A program made the translations under genes and the position numbers. Below, one piece after another: positions 1 to 8,821 of a stretch of 32,000 nucleotides of DNA. Position 1 is the stretch's first letter. Each line of letters starts with the position of its first letter. Origin of the DNA: Bellilinea caldifistulae (GTDB lineage: Bacteria > Chloroflexota > Anaerolineae > Anaerolineales > Anaerolineaceae); contig NZ_LGHJ01000007.1 in the NCBI RefSeq assembly GCF_001306055.1, positions 30,001 to 62,000 of the forward strand, in the 5' to 3' direction. The notes beneath the pieces were generated by a model. It ran no database searches. It was not told the origin of the DNA and worked only from the letters and a program-made list of their open reading frames with translations.

Positions 1-1004
1 TCCAGCCCCTCCGCACCTTTTGGGGTTGTGACCACAGGGGTACCGACTGCCATGGCTTCCAACACCTTCAGACGAGTGCCTGCGCCATGGCGTAATGGTA
101 CCACACAGGCAGCGCACGAAGATACCAAAGCATGAATATCTTCGACAAACCCGGTGAAAATTACCTTGCCTTGATAGTCGGGAAGTTTGTGTGTATCCAC
201 GGCGTCATTCTTCCCCGTAATTAGAATTTCGCAATCGGGTATTGATTTTAGGATGAGGGGAAAAATATCAGAAAGGAAATAATCCATCGCGTCGAAATTT
301 GGCCAGTAGCTCAAGGAGCCATTAAAAATCAATTTATGATTGAATTTATGGATGGTTCGAGGTGGGGACAACTTAATTTCTATACCGTTTGGAATTGGAA
401 CTATTTTTTCTTTGCTAAGATCAATATATTCAACAGCACGGGATTTATCCAGGTCCGAGCAGACCAAAGCCAAGTCAAATTTTTGGTAAAGGTGATTTTC
501 GTAATTCTTAAACTTCCGGTAAGCCAGATAACGCCTTTGTTTTTGGAAAAAACCCTGAGCATTTATGTACAAATCTCTTAACATCAAAGCTAATAAGTTG
601 TCCATATCCACAACCCGAAGGGTTTTGGTAATTTGTAATGCATATGGAGCGGTTACAAATGTTAGAGCAAAAAGCAAATCGGGTTTCCATTTCCTGGCAA
701 ATTCTTGTACGGCTCCAGCCATTTTTGCGGAATAACCAGCAACAACTGCGCTTGGTCGAGTGGAAAAAAAGCCCAGCCACGTTTTGAATTTTGAATAATG
801 AAACGGATTTTGGTCAACGATGATTACCTCTTTGCAGTATTGATGAAGATGTTCAATCCATTCGTCTTTCACATCCATGTCTTTAAACGATATCACCGCA
901 ACCTCGTGTTCCTGACTGAGGCTGCGGATCATGTTATAAGCCCGGATTTTGCTTCCTTGAATGGGGGGATATGGGAACCAGGTTGATAATATCAGAATTT
1001 TCAT
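1..1004 (-). CDS. GT4-family glycosyltransferase, partial (C-terminus runs off the left edge; not in the supplied ORF track)
   Basis: Hand translation of the minus strand from ATG at 1004..1002. I checked every in-frame triplet down to position 3 and found no stop. N-terminus is MKILILSTWFPYPPIQGSKIRAYNMIRSLSQEHEVAVISF. The C-terminal part, FTGFVEDIHALVSSCAACVVPLRHGAGTRLKVLEAMAVGTPVVTTPKGAEGL, is the typical GT4 (Glycos_transf_1) donor-binding region. It is absent from the track because no stop codon lies within the window. Confidence 0.8.
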   Translation of the reverse strand, partial: MKILILSTWFPYPPIQGSKIRAYNMIRSLSQEHEVAVISFKDMDVKDEWIEHLHQYCKEVIIVDQNPFHYSKFKTWLGFFSTRPSAVVAGYSAKMAGAVQEFARKWKPDLLFALTFVTAPYALQITKTLRVVDMDNLLALMLRDLYINAQGFFQKQRRYLAYRKFKNYENHLYQKFDLALVCSDLDKSRAVEYIDLSKEKIVPIPNGIEIKLSPPRTIHKFNHKLIFNGSLSYWPNFDAMDYFLSDIFPLILKSIPDCEILITGKNDAVDTHKLPDYQGKVIFTGFVEDIHALVSSCAACVVPLRHGAGTRLKVLEAMAVGTPVVTTPKGAEGL

Positions 1005-1019
1005 CGTTATTGGGTTTTA

Positions 1020-1832
1020 TTAATCTTCAAAAAAGGTTGACCATTCGGTATTCTGAAACTTGATTTTCAAGTCTTCGTAGTTTTGGATAATTTCCGAAAG
1101 AGGTTTTTGGATTTGTTTAAAGGTTTGGGCTTGAACTGGATATTCTGGGAGACCTAAAAACTGTTGGATTTTCTGAATTTGTCCAGTGGTATTTTCAGAA
1201 AGGTCTTCATAAATGACTTCAATCATTGGATGGTCTTTAAAAAACGAGTCGGCTTCCTGTTCCCATTGGCGTGTTTGAATAAAATCCTTCAAAAGAGCAT
1301 CGTAATCGAGTTGGTAGGATTGAAGATGAGTTTCTTTACCGTTAGTATTGACCCACTGGCCAGTTTTTACCGCATTCTCACGGGAAAGATGGGTTCTGAG
1401 AATGTTTCTTCTTTTGATATGAATGATGCGAATATCTTTTTGATTATTGATAGTATGCCAGATTTGGGCAAAGGGATTTTCTCTTGCATGGTAATAAAAT
1501 AACTTAAAGCCCAATGCTTGATATTTGGCTGGTATTTTACGAAAGACAATTTCCTCAAGAAATTTTTGAGGATCGTTTTGATAAACTTTGACAATTCTTG
1601 TAGTGGTTGGGAATTCCGGGTGGTCAAAATCAATTGCATCCTGGTTGCGAAATATTTCCCCTAAAACCAAAGCGGCAGGATGAGAATTGAGCAGACTTCG
1701 TAGAAAGTTACTTCCAGTGCGGGAGCGTCCCAAAATAATGAATTTTGTATAGGTGCGGGTTGTGGGGAAAAAACCAAATTCCCATGCAATTTCTTTTATT
1801 TTCATTCGTTGTTTATGGAAAAATTGTCTCAT
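1020..1832 (-). CDS. PAPS-dependent sulfotransferase (NodH/Stf0-like P-loop type)
   Basis: 270 aa. 5'-phosphosulfate-binding loop ILGRSRTGSNFLRSLL. 3'-phosphate-binding motif IKRRNILRTHLS. VIYEDL motif shared with the paralog at 18129..18860. ATG start confirmed at 1832. Confidence 0.8.
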   Translation of the reverse strand: MRQFFHKQRMKIKEIAWEFGFFPTTRTYTKFIILGRSRTGSNFLRSLLNSHPAALVLGEIFRNQDAIDFDHPEFPTTTRIVKVYQNDPQKFLEEIVFRKIPAKYQALGFKLFYYHARENPFAQIWHTINNQKDIRIIHIKRRNILRTHLSRENAVKTGQWVNTNGKETHLQSYQLDYDALLKDFIQTRQWEQEADSFFKDHPMIEVIYEDLSENTTGQIQKIQQFLGLPEYPVQAQTFKQIQKPLSEIIQNYEDLKIKFQNTEWSTFFED

Positions 1833-1865
1833 ATTGACCCATGAGGTAACCGATGGTGATAATGG

Positions 1866-2783
1866 TTAATCCAGAATTTTGATTTTTCTTCTAGCCCCGA
1901 AGTGATTAGAGTAAAAATCAATCATGCCCTGTAACAAAGCATTTCGGTGAGGTTTTTTATTTTTCCAACGAGGTAGAAAACTCCATGCTAACAAAGTTCG
2001 AAATAATGCGATGTTGACGCCAACTCGATCTGAAAAAGAGGCACGGTGTTTGGAGAGCGTCAACAAGCGATTGCGAGTGGCGTAGTAGGTAACATTTGGG
2101 GAGGGTTGATAGTTTCTCTGCACGCCTTTGTGCCAGATTTTTGCTTGAGGAACCATCCACACCTGCCATCCGGCAGAACGAGCACGAATACACCATTCGG
2201 TTTCTTCCCAATAATAAAAATATCTTTCATCAATTCCACCGACCTGCTCAATCACTTCTCTTCTAATCAATATGGCACATCCTGAAATCCAATCCACTTG
2301 GATTGGCTGGATAAATTGCCCCTGATCCTGTTCATTTTGACCAATATGGATTGCCTGCCAACTTTTGGTAATTTTTCCTCCGGCGCTTTGAATTATTTCA
2401 GGTTCATCAAAATGGTAAACCAGAGGCCCTAAAATCCCAGCTTGCTGGTTAGAAATACCAAATTGGATTAAGTGCGAAATTGAAAGAGGATCAAGGATGG
2501 TATCTTCATTCAGGACGAAAACCCAATCAGCGCCAGCCTGTAAGGCGGCGTGGATTCCTGCATTGTTGTTGCCAGCATACCCTTTGTTTTCGGTTAGTCG
2601 AATAATTCTGGTTTGAGGGTATTGATCACAAATTGCTTCAACCGAACCGTCAGAAGAAGAATTGTCCAGTACCCAGGTTACAAGATTCGGATAGCGGCAA
2701 TTTTGTAGAGAAGATAAACAGGCTAGGGTATCGTCTTTTCGATTGGTGTTGAGAATAATAATGCCAATAAGAGGATCACTCAT
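1866..2783 (-). CDS. GT2-family glycosyltransferase (rhamnosyltransferase-like subgroup)
   Basis: 305 aa. IGIIILNTNRKDDTLACLSSL...VLDNSSSDGS and VLNEDT (DxD-type) motifs. The stop of the upstream gene lies 1 nt before its ATG. Confidence 0.85.
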   Translation of the reverse strand: MSDPLIGIIILNTNRKDDTLACLSSLQNCRYPNLVTWVLDNSSSDGSVEAICDQYPQTRIIRLTENKGYAGNNNAGIHAALQAGADWVFVLNEDTILDPLSISHLIQFGISNQQAGILGPLVYHFDEPEIIQSAGGKITKSWQAIHIGQNEQDQGQFIQPIQVDWISGCAILIRREVIEQVGGIDERYFYYWEETEWCIRARSAGWQVWMVPQAKIWHKGVQRNYQPSPNVTYYATRNRLLTLSKHRASFSDRVGVNIALFRTLLAWSFLPRWKNKKPHRNALLQGMIDFYSNHFGARRKIKILD

Positions 2784-2784
2784 T

Positions 2785-3780
2785 TTACTCTAGCCAGACG
2801 GCGGGTAAATTTTTACGGATTTCAATGTGCTTGAATTTTTGGGACTGGCGAGAGCCAAATTGCTTGACCCACGCAGCCATTGCATTTAATCCGTCTTCCA
2901 GTGAGGTGACAGGACGCTTACCAAAAACTCTTTGAATTTTTTCATGAGACGAATAGGCATCTTTGACTTCGTTACGGGGTGGCAGATGAAGGATTTGAGG
3001 TGACACGCCCATCGCTTTGGCTACGGACAATGCCAGCTCATTAACCGAGTAAGGCTGATCAGCGCCGATGTTAAACACCTGGTTATAGGCATCAGGAATT
3101 TGAACGGACTCCGCGATAAGCGGGGCAACATCTTTTATGTAACTGAATGCCCGGGTTTGAGTACCGTCCCCAAATATGGTCATCGGCTTGTCTTGTAAGA
3201 TCTGGTTCATAAAGATGCCAACAACATTTCTATAACGGTCACCAATATTTTGTTTTTCCCCATACACATTATGAGGGCGGAAAATGATGTAATTCAAACC
3301 AAACATGTCATGGCTGACGCGTAACTCCTGCTCGACCGCCAATTTAGATATTCCGTAAGGGTCTTCTGGATGAGGGGTATCCTCTTCGCTCATCGGCAAT
3401 TTGGGACTTGCTCCATAAACAGCAATGGAGGAGGTAAATACAAAACACTTAACTTCGTGATTGATGGAAGCATTAATCAAATTAATACTTCCGAGCAGGT
3501 TATTCGTGTAGTTGAAGTGTTTGATAAAGTGGCTCAACCCTTCGGCTGCATAAGCAGCCAGGTGAAAAACATAATCAAATTTTTCTTCTTGAAAGATATG
3601 ATGGATGAGTTGTTGATCTGTAATGCTTCCGTGAATAAAGCCAGCTCCTTTGACGATATTATCTTCAAAACCACCTGAAAGGTCATCCAAAACAATCACA
3701 TCGTATCCACGGGCAATCAATTCCTCGCTGACATGCGAACCAATGAATCCCGCACCGCCGGTAACTAAAACTTTTGTCAT
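2785..3780 (-). CDS. NAD-dependent nucleotide-sugar epimerase/dehydratase (extended SDR)
   Basis: 331 aa. Rossmann motif VLVTGGAGFIGSH. Catalytic YGISK (YxxxK). Length is typical of UDP-sugar 4-epimerase-like SDRs. The exact substrate cannot be called. Confidence 0.9.
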   Translation of the reverse strand: MTKVLVTGGAGFIGSHVSEELIARGYDVIVLDDLSGGFEDNIVKGAGFIHGSITDQQLIHHIFQEEKFDYVFHLAAYAAEGLSHFIKHFNYTNNLLGSINLINASINHEVKCFVFTSSIAVYGASPKLPMSEEDTPHPEDPYGISKLAVEQELRVSHDMFGLNYIIFRPHNVYGEKQNIGDRYRNVVGIFMNQILQDKPMTIFGDGTQTRAFSYIKDVAPLIAESVQIPDAYNQVFNIGADQPYSVNELALSVAKAMGVSPQILHLPPRNEVKDAYSSHEKIQRVFGKRPVTSLEDGLNAMAAWVKQFGSRQSQKFKHIEIRKNLPAVWLE

Positions 3781-3792
3781 TTATACCCTCAT

Positions 3793-4899
3793 TTATCCAA
3801 AAAGATATGTGTAGATTGGTTTCAGGAAAGAATTAATGGTCATTTTCATCAAAACCAATGGAATTGATAATCCAACAACGACTAAAATCAGGAAGAAAAG
3901 GAGGGGAAGCCCCAATAATTGTGGAAAAAAGTGATAAATTCCCCGCGCAGCGATTATCAAGAAAAGAGAATGAGCAAGAAAAACCCCAAAAGATTTCGGT
4001 CCTAATTCTTCGATCTTTTTACTGAAAGGGAAGCGAATGTTGAAGAAACCAATAAAAGCCGATAAAATTGCTGCGGAATACAGGTTGTCTATGAGCGTCT
4101 CATGGGGGCCGATCCATGTTTGACCCGATTGGATTAACAGCCACTCCCATTCGAAAATACCCGCGATGAAGAAAACAACAGAGATGATCAATAAAAGCCA
4201 GCGTATTTTGTGAAAATTTTCCTTGATCTCAATTTGACGAAAGCCAATGATCATTCCGAATGAAAACCAAAATATATGACCAATGAAAAACCACCCCGAG
4301 TTAATGAAGGAAAAGAAGGGGGTAAGGGGCAGGTTCATACCAATAATCACGGGATAATCCGCCAGCTTTGTAAGTGCTTGTAGCAGGGCAGTGGATGCTA
4401 GAAGGATTTTCCAGTTCCAGTTGACCAGTCGGATCAACACAGGGGACAAAAGATAAAGAGAAATGAGTAACGGAACAAAATAATAGGCTTCGGCAGCCTG
4501 ACCGGTAAGGTACATGCGCAATAATTGGATTAGAGTATAACGGGTATTTTGGAGTGCATTGAAAATGATCATCAGGGTTGACCATAACAAGTATGGTATT
4601 GCCAGATACTTGACACGGCTGACAACAAAATTCCAATCTAAGGCTCTCTTTTTGCCGGCGCTAAATGCTGCAAAAAAACCCGAAACCATCAAGAAGGCCG
4701 GAATACTCGGAATTATCCATTGTTCCAGCGTTCTAAGAAGAAAGTAAGTAGATGAGTATAGTTGAGAGAAGTCCGGTGAACTAAGGGCGGTATACCGATG
4801 AACCCACCAAAACATAGCAACATACGTCCACCCAATCGAGTGATTGATGACCACATTAATAATCGCTATACCATTCAGTAATAAAAACCGTTTTGACAT
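3793..4899 (-). CDS. Membrane acyltransferase, AT3 family (Acyl_transf_3), paralog 1
   Basis: 368 aa and polytopic. N-terminal LLLNGIAIINVVINHS with the family His. YYFVPLLISLYLLSP motif. C-terminus KPIYTYLFG shared with the paralogs. No fused SGNH domain. Confidence 0.85.
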   Translation of the reverse strand: MSKRFLLLNGIAIINVVINHSIGWTYVAMFWWVHRYTALSSPDFSQLYSSTYFLLRTLEQWIIPSIPAFLMVSGFFAAFSAGKKRALDWNFVVSRVKYLAIPYLLWSTLMIIFNALQNTRYTLIQLLRMYLTGQAAEAYYFVPLLISLYLLSPVLIRLVNWNWKILLASTALLQALTKLADYPVIIGMNLPLTPFFSFINSGWFFIGHIFWFSFGMIIGFRQIEIKENFHKIRWLLLIISVVFFIAGIFEWEWLLIQSGQTWIGPHETLIDNLYSAAILSAFIGFFNIRFPFSKKIEELGPKSFGVFLAHSLFLIIAARGIYHFFPQLLGLPLLFFLILVVVGLSIPLVLMKMTINSFLKPIYTYLFG

Positions 4900-4909
4900 A
4901 AAGGATCAT

Positions 4910-5956
4910 TCACCCAAACAAGTAACCATAAATTGGTCGCAATTTTGTAGAAAAAATAATTTGCATTCCCAACAAGGGTATTCCAAGACCGGCAATAAAA
5001 ATCAAGGCAAAAAAGAGTAGATGATTGGGTAAAATCCAGGGGGTAAATAAATAGATCCCTCTTGCAAAAATTTCCATGACCGGAACGTGAGCCAGATAAA
5101 TTCCAAAAGATTTTGCACTGAGAAAATTAAAGGTCTTATTGAAAGGTAATTTGATCTGATCGCCGAGAGATAAAAAGAAAAGCAAAATAGCAATCTGATA
5201 AAACCCATCAATGATTGTTTCCCGGCTCTGGAGTGGACCCTTAAAAACCTCCCACTCGATGAAGCCTGCTATCAAAAAGAAGATGGAAGCCAGACCAAAA
5301 ACCGTATTCATTCTTTGAAGCGATGGTTTGAATTTTGATAAATGCAATCCCGCCACTATTCCTGCTGAAAACCAGAATACTCTTGTGATAAATATCCATT
5401 TGGGAATTTGAGGTAATGATTGGATCAATTCCCCCTGAAATCCCCAAAGTGATAATGTGACCGGTAAATGAATAAAAACTTGAATCAGACCGGTGACAAT
5501 CAGTAGAACTTTCCAGTTTTTCCTGGCTGCGAAGATAAGCAATGGGGCAATCAAGTACAGTTGAATAATGAGTGGTACATAATAATAGGCAGGAGTTGTT
5601 GAACCAATTAATAAATTGGTCAAAATTCGTCCGGGGCTAAAACTTTTTCCCTCCACCAAACCCAGACCAAGAAAAAAGATTGACCAAATCAGATATGGAA
5701 TCAGCAGTCCTCTAATTCGTGTAAAGGTTTGTTTAAAATTGAATTTGGAGGTATGCCGTCCTGCCAAAAAAGCAGCGAAATACCCGGAAACAAATATAAA
5801 GGCCGGGATACTGAAAACAACCACTTGTTCAACCGCCCGTAGAAAATAAAAAGATGGACTCGAGGCGAGGGCTTCGATAGGGATGCTGATTGGGTAACGA
5901 TTACTCCAGGAAAACATGGAGGTCATTACCCAACCGGCACTATGAAACAGGATCAC
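4910..5956 (-). CDS. Membrane acyltransferase, AT3 family, paralog 2 (true start probably upstream, possibly CTG at 6001)
   Basis: 348 aa from the GTG at 5956. The conserved family N-terminus (LSKNLLYLNGIAAFCV-ILFHS) continues upstream in frame to the TAA at 6014..6016. YYYVPLIIQLYLIAP motif. C-terminus RPIYGYLFG. Confidence 0.8.
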   Translation of the reverse strand: MILFHSAGWVMTSMFSWSNRYPISIPIEALASSPSFYFLRAVEQVVVFSIPAFIFVSGYFAAFLAGRHTSKFNFKQTFTRIRGLLIPYLIWSIFFLGLGLVEGKSFSPGRILTNLLIGSTTPAYYYVPLIIQLYLIAPLLIFAARKNWKVLLIVTGLIQVFIHLPVTLSLWGFQGELIQSLPQIPKWIFITRVFWFSAGIVAGLHLSKFKPSLQRMNTVFGLASIFFLIAGFIEWEVFKGPLQSRETIIDGFYQIAILLFFLSLGDQIKLPFNKTFNFLSAKSFGIYLAHVPVMEIFARGIYLFTPWILPNHLLFFALIFIAGLGIPLLGMQIIFSTKLRPIYGYLFG

Positions 5957-6013
5957 GCAAAATGCGGCGATACCATTGAGGTAAAGAAGGTTTTTGCTCA
6001 GAGGAGATCCTTT

Positions 6014-7315
6014 TTAATCCTGAGATAGTTGAGTAAATTCCGGTAAATCATCAATCGGAATACTGGTCAATTTTGACCGGAGAAGGTGATTCTCGGTTTT
6101 CTCGACGGTTTCAATATACTGCCTCATGGCGGCCAGAACGGGAACTTCCTTACGGTCGTAGACCTCTCCTTGAAGGAGACGAAGGACTTCTAGTCGGTAC
6201 TTTTTGGATTGAATAAAGTGGGTGAAAAGGGGCAGCAATTTGTAATAAAGTCGTATGAATTCATACCAGACACTTACTCCTGCTCTCATTTTTACTTCGT
6301 AAGGTTTGAAAGCAGCTTCGCTGAAATCGCCGGTTTCGAATGCTTGCTGGATGAATTGGGAACCGTATTTTGCCGAATACAAGGCGATACTGACGCCAGA
6401 GGAAAAAATGGGGTCAACAAAGCGTGCAGCATCCCCAACCAGAATGAAGCCATTCCCTACAAATTTTTCCATCGAATATGAATAGTCGCCTTCTTGTTTA
6501 AATTCGTTGATTCTTCGAGCTTCAGAAAGAGCGTATTTCAACCCCTCATTTGAATTTGCGTATTTGTTGAAATAACCCTCTACATCTCCTTTGGATTCCA
6601 TAAATACTTCCTTCTCGGCGACAACACCCATTGAGGTGATTTTATCGGTGATCGGGATTTGCCATGCCCATCCTCTTTCCACCGGAAGGAAGTAAATATG
6701 GATAAAGTCTGCTGTTTCCGGTTCACCGCGATTTACATTCTCAAACCAGGCATGAACTGCGTATTGATTGAAAATTGGATCCTTTTTCTTTATTCCCAAC
6801 TGTCTACCCAGAAGCGTGTTTCTTCCGCTTGCATCAACAATCATTTTAGCGGCCAAGTCAACTTCCTGGTCGGCAATTTTCACGCGCACGCCAGCAGCGT
6901 ACCCTTTTTCATCAAACAACACCTGTTTAACTGTAATTCCCTGATAAACTTCGCTTCCAAGTTTTTCGGCGTGTTTGAGTAAAAGTAAATCCAGTTTTCC
7001 GCGATCAACATGGTATGTGTAGGGTTGATTGATACCCTCTTGGGGAAATTCATCAAACCAAATATGAGAAGCGCCTCTGCCTTTAATATCATGCCATGAT
7101 GCACCATACTTGTGCGGAAAACCTTCTTTTTCCAGGATGGGAAGAAAGCCGATTTCCTTGTACACCCGCGTGGAGGACGTAACCATTGACTCGCCCACAT
7201 GAGGACGCGGATGGATTGCAGACTCGAGAATTATGTTCTTGATGCCGGCCATGGAAAGATAACTTCCCATGACCGAGCCAGCAGGACCACCACCGATAAT
7301 TATTACCTGATTCAT
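6014..7315 (-). CDS. FAD-dependent halogenase-like flavoprotein (PltA/CndH/CmlS-type fold)
   Basis: 433 aa. Dinucleotide motif IIIGGGPAGS. Exact WxWxIP motif (GWAWQIPI). HPRPHVGES segment. GDAARFVDPIFSSGV motif typical of flavin halogenases rather than geranylgeranyl reductases. GGAGG lies 6 nt upstream of the ATG. Confidence 0.75.
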   Translation of the reverse strand: MNQVIIIGGGPAGSVMGSYLSMAGIKNIILESAIHPRPHVGESMVTSSTRVYKEIGFLPILEKEGFPHKYGASWHDIKGRGASHIWFDEFPQEGINQPYTYHVDRGKLDLLLLKHAEKLGSEVYQGITVKQVLFDEKGYAAGVRVKIADQEVDLAAKMIVDASGRNTLLGRQLGIKKKDPIFNQYAVHAWFENVNRGEPETADFIHIYFLPVERGWAWQIPITDKITSMGVVAEKEVFMESKGDVEGYFNKYANSNEGLKYALSEARRINEFKQEGDYSYSMEKFVGNGFILVGDAARFVDPIFSSGVSIALYSAKYGSQFIQQAFETGDFSEAAFKPYEVKMRAGVSVWYEFIRLYYKLLPLFTHFIQSKKYRLEVLRLLQGEVYDRKEVPVLAAMRQYIETVEKTENHLLRSKLTSIPIDDLPEFTQLSQD

Positions 7316-7321
7316 TTTATG

Positions 7322-7326
7322 CCTCC
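7322..7326 (-). promoter_or_regulatory. Shine-Dalgarno (GGAGG) for the halogenase-like gene
   Basis: The plus strand reads cctcc at 7322..7326, which is GGAGG on the coding strand, with a 6-nt spacer to the ATG at 7315. Confidence 0.55.
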
Positions 7327-7371
7327 GCTTAGAGTGTTGAATAGAGTTATTTCAATTCGACAGGGCGAAAA

Positions 7372-8493
7372 TTAACCCCATAAATAAGAATAGATGGGCT
7401 TGATCGGAAATTTTCTCGAGAGGTGCATCATCAGTAATGGGATAGTGATACCCATGAAAACTAAAATTCCGAGCAAGATCACGGTTTGACCCAAAAGAAA
7501 GGGCAAAACATGGTAAATCAATCTGGCGCAGATTTCAATCACAATGACATGGCTCAGATAAATTCCATACGAATTGGCTCCTAAAACTTCAATATTGGAG
7601 GAAAGAAAAATATTCTTCCCCATAATGACATAAGCTAGAAGAAGCAGCGAATACAACCATTTGGTTATGAGGGATGACTGGGAATTAATCCAATCGTTCC
7701 CACTTGCATTAATCAATAACTGGAATTCGATCTGTCCAAAAATCACGAAAAATGCAATAAGAAAAAGAATCCACCAGCGATGATTTTTTAAAAATGATGT
7801 AATTTTTTCACGATAAATGAACAGTGATAACCCGGCTATAAACCACAATAAATGGGAAAGAAGGTAACCGCCTTTGAATAAGTTTAAAAAGTTCAATGAT
7901 TGCGGCAAGCTAACATTCAGAATCTTGAAGTACCAGGTAATACCGGATAGAAATTGGAGTAAAAACCCGATTCCGACGGCAACAAGAGGAAATTCCTTGA
8001 CGGCACGAAACAGGAATGGAGATAATAGAATCAATTGGATAATTAGTGGAACGTAATAAAAAGGACCATCCGCCTCGCCGAGAAGAAATACCCTGGCCAA
8101 TTTTGTGAGGGAATAACTATCGCCTTCCATTAGCCTGAATACAACTGTAATTGATGACCAAATGATATAAGGAATCAACAGATAAATTATTCGTTTTTGG
8201 AGAAACCGGTAACTCTGGCGGATTGATTGATGATTGAGGGAAAATCCATATAGAAAACCGGACACAAACAAAAAAGCGGGTACAGCAACACCGGCAATCT
8301 GATCGGTTATCCTGAGAAAAATTGAAAAAAGATTGGGAGAGAATAGGGATTGGGGGGTGGCATTGCTCACAAAGCGGTGTCCCCAGAAATTGATGGCTGT
8401 TATTGCCCAATAAATAGAATGATGATATACAGCAAAAAGGATGGCAATTCCATTGAGCAAAAGCAGTTTTCTTATCATTAGAAAATTATCCAC
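7372..8493 (-). CDS. Membrane acyltransferase, AT3 family, paralog 3
   Basis: 373 aa from GTG 8493; an alternative ATG at 8478 gives MIRKLLLLNGIA. LLLNGIAILFAVYHHS, FYYVPLIIQLILLSP, C-terminus KPIYSYLWG. Confidence 0.85.
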   Translation of the reverse strand: MDNFLMIRKLLLLNGIAILFAVYHHSIYWAITAINFWGHRFVSNATPQSLFSPNLFSIFLRITDQIAGVAVPAFLFVSGFLYGFSLNHQSIRQSYRFLQKRIIYLLIPYIIWSSITVVFRLMEGDSYSLTKLARVFLLGEADGPFYYVPLIIQLILLSPFLFRAVKEFPLVAVGIGFLLQFLSGITWYFKILNVSLPQSLNFLNLFKGGYLLSHLLWFIAGLSLFIYREKITSFLKNHRWWILFLIAFFVIFGQIEFQLLINASGNDWINSQSSLITKWLYSLLLLAYVIMGKNIFLSSNIEVLGANSYGIYLSHVIVIEICARLIYHVLPFLLGQTVILLGILVFMGITIPLLMMHLSRKFPIKPIYSYLWG

Positions 8494-8544
8494 CAGCAGC
8501 AGAAAATGAGCTCCACCCTGCTTTTCTGCCAGCCAGAAAGGTTA

Positions 8545-8796
8545 TTAGTGCTTTGCTGCCAGTTTTTGATCAAGATAGCTGCTCAGCGCATTCACGCTCA
8601 TAAAGTTTTCTATTACCACGTCTTCATCTGGGACGGTGAAGTTAAATTTTTCTTCGATGAACGCTACCAATTGAAGAATTCCGAGAGAATCGATTATACC
8701 CTCGGCAAGCAGGTCTTCATCGTTGTTAATCGTCTTTTTCCGGCCTTTGGCAAGTTCGTTAAGAATAAAATTGTTTATGATCATTTGTGTTTCCAT
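8545..8796 (-). CDS. Phosphopantetheine-binding carrier protein (PCP/DltC-like), 83 aa
   Basis: METQMIINNFILNELAKG...LLAEGIIDSLGILQLVAFIEEKF carries the DSL serine attachment motif. I place the start at ATG 8796, which has GGAGG 7 nt upstream. The longer track ORF (to 8895) would overlap the end of the adenylation gene. Confidence 0.8.
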   Translation of the reverse strand: METQMIINNFILNELAKGRKKTINNDEDLLAEGIIDSLGILQLVAFIEEKFNFTVPDEDVVIENFMSVNALSSYLDQKLAAKH

Positions 8797-8803
8797 TTCC
8801 AGT

Positions 8804-8808
8804 CCTCC
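8804..8808 (-). promoter_or_regulatory. Shine-Dalgarno (GGAGG) for the carrier protein
   Basis: The plus strand reads cctcc at 8804..8808, which is GGAGG on the coding strand, with a 7-nt spacer to the ATG at 8796. Confidence 0.55.
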
Positions 8809-8821
8809 GTTTGGTTTAAAA

